A stretch of DNA of 64,000 nucleotides from Thermodesulfobacteriota bacterium (GTDB lineage: Bacteria > Desulfobacterota > Desulfobacteria > Desulfobacterales > SURF-7), in the NCBI GenBank assembly GCA_049320885.1, contig JBMORA010000017.1:84376-148375 (forward strand), in the 5' to 3' direction. Position numbers and translations under genes: made by a program. The notes beneath the pieces are model-generated. The model had not been told where the DNA came from. It was given only the letters and a program-made list of their open reading frames with translations, and ran no database searches. This document shows, one piece after another, positions 1 to 8,966 of the stretch. Position 1 is the first letter of the stretch; each line of letters begins with the position of its first letter.

Positions 1-8
1 ATCCGCTG

Positions 9-1577
9 TTGCTGCACCTTGCCCTGCTGATTGTTCTGGTCGTCGGGGCCCTTGTCGCGGCGACATTCTGGATCGGCAGGGAGCTCCGCGAAGAGGTGTT
101 CACCCGGTTTGTCACCGTTGCAACGGAACAGGCCCGCAAAGAATTCCATGCCTGCTTTTCGCCCATGACCGACACGCTGGCCCTGGTGCGGGGCTGGGGC
201 CGGGCCGGGGACCTGGATGTCACCGACACGGTCGCCTTGAACGCCCGATTCATGCCATTCCTGGAAATGCATACGGACCTGTCGGCGATTTTGCTGGCCC
301 GTTCGGACGGGGTCCTCTATTTCCTCCTGCACAACGGCGGCGAATGGCTTACGCGTTCCCAGACAGAGCCGCAGAACCCCGGCGCAGCCGTATGGCGCAG
401 ATGGAAAGGTCCCGGGGAAATCCTGGACGAGCGCCGGGCGGATGACGGCGTCGACCCCAGGCAGCGGCCCTGGTACCAGGGCGCTCTGGAGCAGGGGCAG
501 GGGGGCGGCATCTTCTGGACATCCCCTTATGTGTTTCAAACCCTGCGGCAGCCGGGCGTCACCCTGGCCGTCAGCTGGAATGACGGGCATCACACCTACG
601 TCGCCGCCTTTGACGTGCTGCTGGATCGGATTGCCGAAGCGGTGCGCACCGTGGGGCAGCGCCAGGAGGACAAGGTGTTTCTGGTGACCGACCGATGGAC
701 CATTTTCGATGCGTCGGGGCGGCCGGCTGCCGGAAAGCAACCCGCCCCCGTGGAAGCGTATTTCCATTCGCCGGCCACCTATCCTGCGCCGGGGGTCGCG
801 GCGGCGGTGGCTGCGTGGCAGCAGCGGGGCAGGCAGGCGGCCGCCGCGTTCCGCTACACCGCCCAAGGGGAGCCGTTCTGGGCCGGATTCCAGTCGCTGG
901 GAGGGCCGGGCCGCCTGTGGCTGGGCTGCTGCCTGCCGGAGCGCGCGCTTTCGGAAAGCATGGGAAGTCGCCGCGGGCCGTATTTCGTGGCGGTGGGTCT
1001 GATCCTGGCGGGCGCCGGAGCCGCGGCCTGGATGCTGGTCCGCCGCCATAGCCGCCGCCTGCAGCAGATGCCGGCCAGGCTCCTGGAGGGGGCCGACCCG
1101 GTCCAGGCCGCCCTGGAAGTGATTCGTTCCGGGGAAAGCGACACCGTTGAATTCAAATCCACCATGCGCATGAACCTGCATACCGGCAAGCCCGGCAAGG
1201 AAATGGAACTGGCCTGGCTGAAAACCGTGGCGGCGTTCCTGAATACCAGCGGCGGCATCCTGTTTTTCGGCGTCGGCGATGACGGCGCCGTCCTGGGCAT
1301 GGAAGCGGACGGATTCCCCAGCGGGGACAAATGCCGCCTGCATTTCGAGAACCTGATCAGCCAGCACATCGGCATGGAGCATGCCCGCTCCCTCCGATTC
1401 ACCATCCTGTCCATTGACGGAAAATCGGTCGGAGCGGTCGCCTGCGAACGCTCGGACTCCCCGGTTTTTCTGAAAACCTCCAAGGAGGAGGCTTTTTACA
1501 TCCGCTCCGGGCCGTCCAGCATTCAGCTGCCGGTCAGCAAGGTCCTGTCGTATTTGAAAAACCCTTCCAATTTTTGA
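9..1577 (+). CDS. Membrane protein: TM - periplasmic dCache-like domain - TM - Schlafen/AlbA_2 domain (true start may lie upstream of the window)
   Basis: N-terminal hydrophobic helix; Cache motifs DPRQRPWY and WTSPY; second TM (YFVAVGLILAGAGAAAWMLV); C-terminal GESDTVEFKS...AAFLNTSGGILFFGVGDDG...FYIRSG typical of AlbA_2. The frame stays open to the window edge. Confidence 0.85.
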   Translation: MLHLALLIVLVVGALVAATFWIGRELREEVFTRFVTVATEQARKEFHACFSPMTDTLALVRGWGRAGDLDVTDTVALNARFMPFLEMHTDLSAILLARSDGVLYFLLHNGGEWLTRSQTEPQNPGAAVWRRWKGPGEILDERRADDGVDPRQRPWYQGALEQGQGGGIFWTSPYVFQTLRQPGVTLAVSWNDGHHTYVAAFDVLLDRIAEAVRTVGQRQEDKVFLVTDRWTIFDASGRPAAGKQPAPVEAYFHSPATYPAPGVAAAVAAWQQRGRQAAAAFRYTAQGEPFWAGFQSLGGPGRLWLGCCLPERALSESMGSRRGPYFVAVGLILAGAGAAAWMLVRRHSRRLQQMPARLLEGADPVQAALEVIRSGESDTVEFKSTMRMNLHTGKPGKEMELAWLKTVAAFLNTSGGILFFGVGDDGAVLGMEADGFPSGDKCRLHFENLISQHIGMEHARSLRFTILSIDGKSVGAVACERSDSPVFLKTSKEEAFYIRSGPSSIQLPVSKVLSYLKNPSNF

Positions 1578-1896
1578 TAATGGCAATGACTTCTCTGATA
1601 TAGGCGCATTCGCATTCAGCGGGGCATGATCGCAGCTCATCTTGGTACAGGCAGTATCCCGGGCATTTTTCCGTATGGGTTGCTTTCACCTGGAAAATCG
1701 GACCATCATAGAGGTCAACGAATTCCGAAGCGGGAATCGTCAACGTGCCTTTACAGGAATGGTTGAAGTAAAGAGAACCGGATTCGAGCCTTTTAAAATT
1801 CGCCTGATAACCGATTATGGTAATCATGGGATCACGTAAAAACGTATCACGGCAATCCCATTCAAACCCGCAATTGTTGCATTTTTTGAATGGCAT
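1534..1896 (-). CDS. Small Cys-rich hypothetical protein (probable metal-binding)
   Basis: 120 aa, 10 Cys (CNNC, HSC, CPGYC, CPAECEC); purine-rich SD (agaggaa) upstream; AT-richer than the flanks; 3' end overlaps the preceding gene by 44 nt. Confidence 0.7.
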   Translation of the reverse strand: MPFKKCNNCGFEWDCRDTFLRDPMITIIGYQANFKRLESGSLYFNHSCKGTLTIPASEFVDLYDGPIFQVKATHTEKCPGYCLYQDELRSCPAECECAYIREVIAIIKNWKGFSNTTGPC

Positions 1897-1950
1897 CCGG
1901 TTTTCCTCTTTTTTGATTCTTATGGTTTTGTCACGGATTCCCCTTCTTTC

Positions 1951-2358
1951 CTATGGCAGCATCGCCGGTTTCCGGTCGCTCCAGGGAAGGGCTCTCTCCA
2001 GCTGGGCCGCGAGCTGCAGGAGGGTGGCCTCGCCACCGAAACGGCCGAAGAATTGCACGCCGCAGGGCAGGCCGTCCGCGGTCCAGTGCAGGGGCACGGA
2101 CATGGCGGGCTGACCGGTGATGTTGGCGATCATGGTCAGGGGCATCTGGCCCTTCATGGTATTGTGCAGCATCTCCTCCAGAATGGCATAAGTGATTTTC
2201 CGGCTGCCTGTCAGAATGCTGCCCATCGGCGAAGAAAGGATCCTCATGGCCAGGCGGTCCGTCATTCCCGGTTTTTGGGAGCCCACCGTCACCGGCGGCC
2301 TTCCCAGGGTGGGGCAGAGGAGCATGTCGAAGCGTTCATACTCGGAAAAAGCGCCCAT
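1951..2358 (-). pseudogene. C-terminal fragment of an amidase-signature family protein
   Basis: FDMLLCPT...[26 protein letters not shown]...[14 protein letters not shown] is the amidase C-terminus. Only 135 aa; the GGSS signature/catalytic region is absent. Confidence 0.7.
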
Positions 2359-2579
2359 GGTTCCTCCTGGATGCGGTCAAGGTCGGTTTGATAACCTCTA
2401 TATCCTGATTTTATTTGAAATTGCAACCCCCTATTCCCCCGCCGGGAGAAAATTCCGGTCGGCTTCCGGGGATGAGCCGAAAAACTTTATTCATCTTTGA
2501 CCTGTTTTTTCCGATTATATGATTATGTTGGGGGTAAAGAGGTCCATGCATCAGAACCTTTGCAAAAGGAGGCGGACCC

Positions 2580-3023
2580 ATGCTGAGAAAATGGTTTTCC
2601 AAGCGGAAAAAAACGCCCGAATATCCGGATGAGATGAGTGATATCGCCAGGCGCATCGCCCCGGTCATCGACCGCATGGTCAGCGATCTTTTCCGGAACT
2701 ATCTGGATTTTTTGATGACCCGTCCCCCCGGCTATATCGTCACGGCGGTCTGGGCCAACGAGGACAGTGTGGAAATGGATCCGGTCACCCGGGAGATCAG
2801 CCATATGGTGGGTCCGACCCTGCAAACGGTTTTCTCGGTTCTGGACATGAAAAAACCGAGTCGTTCCCAGGTGTTCGGCATTTCCTATCTGGTCCGCGGT
2901 TTGATTATTTCCAAAGTTGCCTTTGTACTCGAGGCCCTGCGGAATCTGCCGATGAACATCCGGCCCAATGACGGCGAGTCCGCCCATGATTTGCGGAATA
3001 TGCGTCCCATGGGCGCCGCCTAG
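2580..3023 (+). CDS. Hypothetical protein
   Basis: 147 aa ORF with a strong SD (aaaggagg) before the ATG; no recognisable family. Confidence 0.65.
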   Translation: MLRKWFSKRKKTPEYPDEMSDIARRIAPVIDRMVSDLFRNYLDFLMTRPPGYIVTAVWANEDSVEMDPVTREISHMVGPTLQTVFSVLDMKKPSRSQVFGISYLVRGLIISKVAFVLEALRNLPMNIRPNDGESAHDLRNMRPMGAA

Positions 3024-3223
3024 GATCCGGGTGAAGGGTTTATTCCGATTGCCCGAGGTTGACACGCGGATTTTCATCTGATAGATTCCATTGAAAATTC
3101 CGCGCTTCCATTTGTTTTCAAGACGCCCCGTCCGGGAGGACGGCCATGGGAAGCCGGTGCGGCTCCCATTTGCCGACGACCCGTCACCCTAGCCCAACCG
3201 CCAAGCGATCATCGGGAGGAACC

Positions 3224-3682
3224 ATGAAATACATTTCTCTTGTGGTGTTATCCGTTGTGTTGGCGTTGTGCCGCACCCCGGACGGCCGGGCTGAATCCGG
3301 ATTCGTCGGCACGGTGAAGGCGGTCAAACCCGATGCGTTTCTCATCCGCCGGGGCATGACCATGACCGCCTCGGCCCATATGAAAATCATGATCGGCGAC
3401 GTGGTCAGAACCGGAGCGAACGGGTCCGTGGGGTTCATTCTGAAAGACGATACCGTCATATCCATGGGGCCGGACAGTGAGATCGTCATCGATGATTTCG
3501 TTTTCGATCCGGCGGGTAAAAAGCTGTCCTTTATTGCCAGGCTGTACCACGGGACGGTGGCGTATATCTCCGGCCAGATCGCCAAATTATCCCCCGAATC
3601 CGTTCGATTCGAAACCCCGGTGGCGACCATCGGCATGCGGGGGACGCGCTTTCTCGTCGCCATCGACAAGTCAACACCGTAA
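3224..3682 (+). CDS. Secreted FecR-domain protein
   Basis: SD gggagg then ATG at 3224; signal peptide; GDVVRTG, DDTVISMGPDSEI and TPVATIGMRGT motifs of stand-alone FecR-like proteins. Confidence 0.85.
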   Translation: MKYISLVVLSVVLALCRTPDGRAESGFVGTVKAVKPDAFLIRRGMTMTASAHMKIMIGDVVRTGANGSVGFILKDDTVISMGPDSEIVIDDFVFDPAGKKLSFIARLYHGTVAYISGQIAKLSPESVRFETPVATIGMRGTRFLVAIDKSTP

Positions 3683-3748
3683 GCGGCCGGACGGCCAAAC
3701 CGAAGCCGGAAACCGCGGGATTTCACCCGCCATAAGGATGATGTTCCC

Positions 3749-4369
3749 ATGAAGACAAACCAGAACCGGTTGATGCGGCTGCTGTTCTTGCCGCTGTTGT
3801 TGCTGATGATGGGGCCCGCCGGATGCAGCCGCAAAAACATGGTTGTCCTGATGCCGGAAAAAGACGGTTCCAAATCGGGAATCGTGGTCTCCAACCAGGC
3901 CGGCAGTGTTGAAATCGATTCCCCCTATCACGCGACCCGGGTCCAGGGCGCCAATTCCCCACCAGATCCGGCGGCGGCCGTGGATCAACAGGAGATCCAG
4001 GCGGTTTTCGGTCAGGCCCTGGCCGTTCAACCGGAGCCTCCCGTCCATTTTATCCTGTATTTCGAAAGCGTTTCCACGACCCTCACCCCTGAGTCGTTGA
4101 AAACCTTGCCGACCATCGTCGAAACCATCCACGCCAGGGATTCGGTGGATGTCGGCATCGTGGGACATACCGACACCGCCGGCGACAAGGACTACAACCG
4201 GCGCCTGTCCACCCGGCGGGCGGAGGCGGTGGGCCAATTGCTGGTGGAACGGGGTGTCAGGACGGAATGCCTGGAAATTTCCTCCCACGGCGAGGAAAAT
4301 CCCATTGTCGTAACCGCGGACGATGTAAACGAACCCAGAAACCGCAGGGTGGAGGTGGTTGTCCGGTGA
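3749..4369 (+). CDS. OmpA-family peptidoglycan-binding lipoprotein
   Basis: Lipobox PAGC; OmpA C-domain motifs GHTD, N-x2-LS-x2-RA and NRRVEV. Confidence 0.9.
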   Translation: MKTNQNRLMRLLFLPLLLLMMGPAGCSRKNMVVLMPEKDGSKSGIVVSNQAGSVEIDSPYHATRVQGANSPPDPAAAVDQQEIQAVFGQALAVQPEPPVHFILYFESVSTTLTPESLKTLPTIVETIHARDSVDVGIVGHTDTAGDKDYNRRLSTRRAEAVGQLLVERGVRTECLEISSHGEENPIVVTADDVNEPRNRRVEVVVR

Positions 4370-4449
4370 ACCGCCCGTTCCCCTGATTCCAGAGCAGTCA
4401 TGGCCGGTTCCTTACTTTTACAGGCGGCGGAAGTTTCTTCCATTCATGT

Positions 4450-7353
4450 ATGGTGCAAGCATCTTTTTCTCACATATCCGATCGAATGCTTTTGGGCCTT
4501 GGGTTGGCGTTGACCATCTTCCTGATCGGGATATATCTGGCGAACCCCTTTTTCGTCCGTTTCTTCAACCATAGAATCACCGACGTCATGATGGCGTCTT
4601 CCCCACCGAAACCCGTTTCCGGAAAGGTGGTGGTGGTGGATATCGACGGGGAAAGCCTGGCCCGATACGGCCAGTGGCCCTGGTCCAGAGACCGCCTGGC
4701 GGAGCTGCTGGAAAAAATCAACGCACACGGCGCTGCCAGCATCGCCCTGGACATGATCCTCGCGGAACCCGACAGGACTTCCCCGGTGGTGCGGCATGCC
4801 ATCCGGCCGGAGGATGACGGCCGGAATATGGGGCTGCCGTCCGGCCTTGCCGATCACGATGCGGCTCTGGCCAGGATCTTGGCCGGCGGTCCCTTTGTTC
4901 TCGGGTTCGAATTTCTGTTCGGCGATGAAAGGGCCGGCGGGGCTTCCTGCCGGCTGCATCCGGTGAACGTGATCTGGGTGGACGATCCGGTCCCAGCGGA
5001 TTCGTCGGCAGGGTTTTTCACCGCCGGGGATGTGGATTGCAGTCTCCACCGCCTGGCGGCCGCCGTAACCTATTCCGGATTCCTGAACGCCACACCCGAT
5101 TCCGACGGCATTCTGCGACGGGCGCCGCTGCTGATCCGTTATGGAAACCGCCTGTTTCCTTGCCTGGCGCTGGCAAGCCTGCTGCGGTCCGAAGGCGCGG
5201 GTCAGATCCGGTACGGGACGGAACGATACGGGCGGCGCTATGCGGGTTTGGCCCGTACCCGGATTCCCGTGGACCTGAAAGGGAACATGGCCGTCAATTT
5301 CGCCATCAGGACCGGCGATATCCGGCGGGTTTCGGCGGCGGACATTCTCGGCGGCGGTCTGGGAGCGGATGTCTGCAAGGGCAGGTTCGTTATTGTCGGT
5401 TTGTCGGCATCCGGTTTGAAACACACCTACCAGACGCCCGTCAACCCTGTTTCCGCCCATGCGGACATCCATGCCCAGGTGTTGGAGACCATCCTGACGG
5501 ATGCATTCATTGTCCGGGGGCAGGATTTCGTCCTTTGGGAGTCGTTGTTCGGCATGGCCATTTCGGTATTGTTCAGCCTGTGCATCCTGAGACTCGGTTT
5601 CGCATGGAATGCGGCGATCGCCGTTGCGGCGGCAGCGGGTATCTGGCAGGGGGCCAACGCGGTCTTCCGGGACACCGGTTTTCTGTTTTCTCCCCTGTTG
5701 CCCCTGGCCGTGCTGCCGTTCGATTATGCGGTTTTGACAATCGTCAAATACTGGAAAAGCCAGCTCGAAGCCAGGCGGACAACGGAAAATACGCTGGTGC
5801 TGCTGAAGGCGAGCGAGCAAAAACTGAACACCATCATCCAGACCATTCCGGATATCGTTTTCCTGCTGGACCCGGCGGGGCGGATCACTTTTGTCAGCCG
5901 GGCGATACGGAAATACGAGACCGAGCCCGGGGCGTTGATCGGTCAGCCCATTCTGGACCTGATCATCCCCGAGGACAGAACCAGGGCCGTGCACAAGATC
6001 ACCGAACGGAGAACCGGGGTCAGGGCCACATCCGCCATGGAGCTGCGCATGGTATGGCGGGAACCCCGGAAGGGTGAGGCCGAATTCCGGTATTTCAGCG
6101 TATCGGCCGAGGGGGTGTACCGGGAAGAAAACAGCGGCAATCGCTTGTTCATCGGGACCCAGGGGATTGCCCGGGACATCACCGACCAGAAGAAGATCGA
6201 ACACCAGCTCCAGCAGGCCCAGAAAATGCAGACCATCGGAAACCTGGCCGCCGGTGTGGCCCATGATCTCAACAATGTCCTCGGGGGCCTGGTCACCTAT
6301 CCGGAGCTGCTGCTGCTGGAACTGCCGCCGGACAGTCCCCTGCGCTCCAAAATCGCCCTCATCCAGAGGTCGGGCCAGAAGGCCGCCTCCATGGTGCAGG
6401 ACCTGCTGACCCTGGCCAGGCGCGGCGTTTCCGTGGATGAAATCTTCCAGTTGAATACGGTTATCCGGGACTACCTGGCTTCACCGGAATTCGACGCCAT
6501 CCGGCGCCACAATCCCAAGGTGCGGGTGGAAACCCGGCTTTCCGATGAACTCCTGAATGTCAAAGGCTCTCCGGTTCATCTGTCCAAGGTGCTGATGAAC
6601 CTGATCCATAATTCCGTTGAGGCCATGCCGGCGGGAGGGTGCATTTTACTTACCACCGACAATATCTATGTGGATGCCCCGGTGACCGCCTATGAAACCA
6701 TTCCGGAAGGGGAGTATGTCCGTCTGGGCATCGCCGATGAGGGCGTCGGTATCGCCCGGGAGGATTTGAAACGGATATTCGATCCCTTTTATTCGAAAAA
6801 AGTCATGGGTAAAAGCGGAAGCGGTCTGGGAATGACCGTGGTGTGGGCCTCGGTAAAGGATCATGGCGGGTATATCGATCTCCAGAGCCGTGAAGGCGAG
6901 GGGACCCGGTTCGACATTTATCTGCCGGCGACCCGGCAGGCGGCCGGGGAAAAAAGCCGCCCCATCGTGCTGGAGGACTATGTCGGAACCGAATCGGTCC
7001 TGGTCATCGATGACATCCCCGAACAGCGCGAGATCGCCGCGAAATTTCTCGGCAAGCTCGGCTATCGGGTTGAAACCGCGCCCAGCGGCGAGACCGCCGT
7101 CGAGTATCTGAAGGGACATCCCGTTGATCTGCTGGTGCTGGACATGATCATGCCCGGGGGGATGGACGGCCTGGAAACCTACCGGAAGATCATCGCGAAC
7201 CACCCGGGACAGAAAGCCATCATCACCAGCGGCTATTCCGAATCCGGGCGCGTCAGGGAACTCCAGCAGCTGGGGGCCGGGGACTATGTCCAGAAACCCT
7301 ATACGCTGGAGAAGATCGGAGTTGCGGTCCGGGGAGCCCTGGACAGACGGTAG
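4450..7353 (+). CDS. CHASE2-PAS hybrid histidine kinase (HisKA-HATPase-REC)
   Basis: VVVVDID...GQWPWSR and DSDGILRR (CHASE2); three TMs; PAS; GVAHDLNN H-box; GSGLG; C-terminal receiver DLLVLDMIMP. Confidence 0.92.
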   Translation: MVQASFSHISDRMLLGLGLALTIFLIGIYLANPFFVRFFNHRITDVMMASSPPKPVSGKVVVVDIDGESLARYGQWPWSRDRLAELLEKINAHGAASIALDMILAEPDRTSPVVRHAIRPEDDGRNMGLPSGLADHDAALARILAGGPFVLGFEFLFGDERAGGASCRLHPVNVIWVDDPVPADSSAGFFTAGDVDCSLHRLAAAVTYSGFLNATPDSDGILRRAPLLIRYGNRLFPCLALASLLRSEGAGQIRYGTERYGRRYAGLARTRIPVDLKGNMAVNFAIRTGDIRRVSAADILGGGLGADVCKGRFVIVGLSASGLKHTYQTPVNPVSAHADIHAQVLETILTDAFIVRGQDFVLWESLFGMAISVLFSLCILRLGFAWNAAIAVAAAAGIWQGANAVFRDTGFLFSPLLPLAVLPFDYAVLTIVKYWKSQLEARRTTENTLVLLKASEQKLNTIIQTIPDIVFLLDPAGRITFVSRAIRKYETEPGALIGQPILDLIIPEDRTRAVHKITERRTGVRATSAMELRMVWREPRKGEAEFRYFSVSAEGVYREENSGNRLFIGTQGIARDITDQKKIEHQLQQAQKMQTIGNLAAGVAHDLNNVLGGLVTYPELLLLELPPDSPLRSKIALIQRSGQKAASMVQDLLTLARRGVSVDEIFQLNTVIRDYLASPEFDAIRRHNPKVRVETRLSDELLNVKGSPVHLSKVLMNLIHNSVEAMPAGGCILLTTDNIYVDAPVTAYETIPEGEYVRLGIADEGVGIAREDLKRIFDPFYSKKVMGKSGSGLGMTVVWASVKDHGGYIDLQSREGEGTRFDIYLPATRQAAGEKSRPIVLEDYVGTESVLVIDDIPEQREIAAKFLGKLGYRVETAPSGETAVEYLKGHPVDLLVLDMIMPGGMDGLETYRKIIANHPGQKAIITSGYSESGRVRELQQLGAGDYVQKPYTLEKIGVAVRGALDRR

Positions 7354-7541
7354 GGATGGGAGATGGGCCTGATGTTGAGACGATATCTTCTGGCTGGGAG
7401 AAAGGATTTCATCGGGGTCTCTTTTGTTGTATCTTGGTGGTAACATTGTGACAACGATTCAGGGGGGCATTGCATGATTGTAACGCTAACCAAGCATGGC
7501 AACAGCCTGGCGCTAAGGAGAACGGCTGAAAACGATACGGA

Positions 7542-8564
7542 ATGAGCGACCTGAAAACCTCCACCATTGTACTGCCCGGCATTATCAACGCGGCCCTTAG
7601 GCGCGGAGTGGACATCCAGGGCATTTTACGGGATCTGGGGATTCAGGTGGATCTGGCCAACATCACCCGGACCACCATCGATCTCACGACGGTCCACGCT
7701 GTCGTCACGGCGGTGGAAAAAGCCGCCGGTTACCCGGCCATGGGGCTGACGGCCGGCGCGGATTTCGATTTCGAATTTCTCCCCCATCTGAAAACCTACT
7801 GCATGTCCGCTTCCACCCTCCGGGAGGCCTATGAAACCACGCGGCAGGCCCGGCAGCTCATTTCGCCGCTTCTGACGTTTCACCTGACGGAGAGCGGCGA
7901 TGAAGCCGTCCTGAAACTCCGGCCGGACCCGGTGCTATCCGATGAAGACGACCGCCATTTCACGGAAATGGTTTTCGCCACCGTGAGCACGCTGGTGAGC
8001 CGGCTGCTGAAGCGGGGACAGCCGCCGCGAAGCGTCCGGTTTCGTCACGGCCGCACGGAAATCCGGCCGCTCTATGAAGACTTTTTTCAATGCCCGGTGT
8101 TGTTGGGGGCGCCGGAAAACGCCGTCGTCTACGACCGCCAGCTGATGGATGAGCCGTTGCCCGGGGGATTCCCCGAAATCCGGCGGCAGGCGCGGGAGAT
8201 CGTCGAACGGCAGACGGCGGACTCCCCCTTGCAGGCCGGAGTCGCCCGGCGTCTTCGGGACCTGCTGAAGCAGCGTCGGGAGTTGCTGGCCGCGCCGGTG
8301 GGGCAGGTGGCCCGCTTGCTGAACATCAGCCCCCGCACCCTGCAGCGCCGTCTCTTCCGGGAGAAAACCAGCCTGGGGGAAATCCGCGACCGGATCCGGT
8401 TCCAGGCGGCGGCGGAAGCGCTGAAATCCTCCGGGGCGAGCATTGAAGAAATCGGGGAAGCAATGGGTTTCTCCGACCGCCACAGTTTCACCCGGGCTTT
8501 TCAGCGCTGGGCCGGGGTTTCACCCAGCGCCTACCGCAAAAAGCAGTCCCCGGCCCGTCCCTGA
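7542..8564 (+). CDS. AraC-family transcriptional regulator (OruR-like ligand-binding N-domain)
   Basis: SPRTLQRRL and GFSDRHSFTRAFQRWAGVSPSAYR HTH motifs; SVRFRH...FFQCPVL N-domain pattern. Confidence 0.9.
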   Translation: MSDLKTSTIVLPGIINAALRRGVDIQGILRDLGIQVDLANITRTTIDLTTVHAVVTAVEKAAGYPAMGLTAGADFDFEFLPHLKTYCMSASTLREAYETTRQARQLISPLLTFHLTESGDEAVLKLRPDPVLSDEDDRHFTEMVFATVSTLVSRLLKRGQPPRSVRFRHGRTEIRPLYEDFFQCPVLLGAPENAVVYDRQLMDEPLPGGFPEIRRQAREIVERQTADSPLQAGVARRLRDLLKQRRELLAAPVGQVARLLNISPRTLQRRLFREKTSLGEIRDRIRFQAAAEALKSSGASIEEIGEAMGFSDRHSFTRAFQRWAGVSPSAYRKKQSPARP

Positions 8565-8785
8565 TCCGGGTGCCTGCCTGGAACCCGGTGCCAGGTCAAA
8601 CCACTTCCCACCAGGGGACCGCAAAGACGTCCTCGGAAAGCGTTTGCGCCTTGTCAACCGCGCATATCATGAGACCTTTACTTATGATACCAACACGTAT
8701 CAAAATTTGAGGTAGACAGAAAGAAATACCACTTCCCAACCATCCAGAGGTATGGTCTCCGTTACTCCGCGCGTCGATGCTTCCG

Positions 8786-8849
8786 TGGCGCGAAATGTTC
8801 CTTCTTTGGCATCCGCCGGTATAGCCATATTTCAGCCGATGGGTATGAT
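8786..8849 (+). promoter_or_regulatory. Possible AraC-type tandem operator and -10 element for the M24/DUF362 operon
   Basis: TGGC half-sites at 8786 and 8807 (21 bp apart) followed by a TATGAT hexamer near 8844. Confidence 0.3.
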
Positions 8850-8966
8850 GGGGCCTGTCATCCGACAGAGGATGGATAGCCCCCGCTGCCCGGTTTTTCC
8901 CGGGAGAAGGGAAGGCCCTGCCGGTTGTCGGAAGAGCATGGGACGGGATGAAAAAGGAGGAACCAT

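Noticed and set aside
4444..6264. 606-aa minus-strand ORF
   Set aside because: Antisense to the CHASE2 kinase; no recognisable domain.
8600..8738. Direct repeat ACCACTTCCCA at about 8600 and 8728
   Set aside because: Only 11 bp, two copies, no associated element; could be chance.
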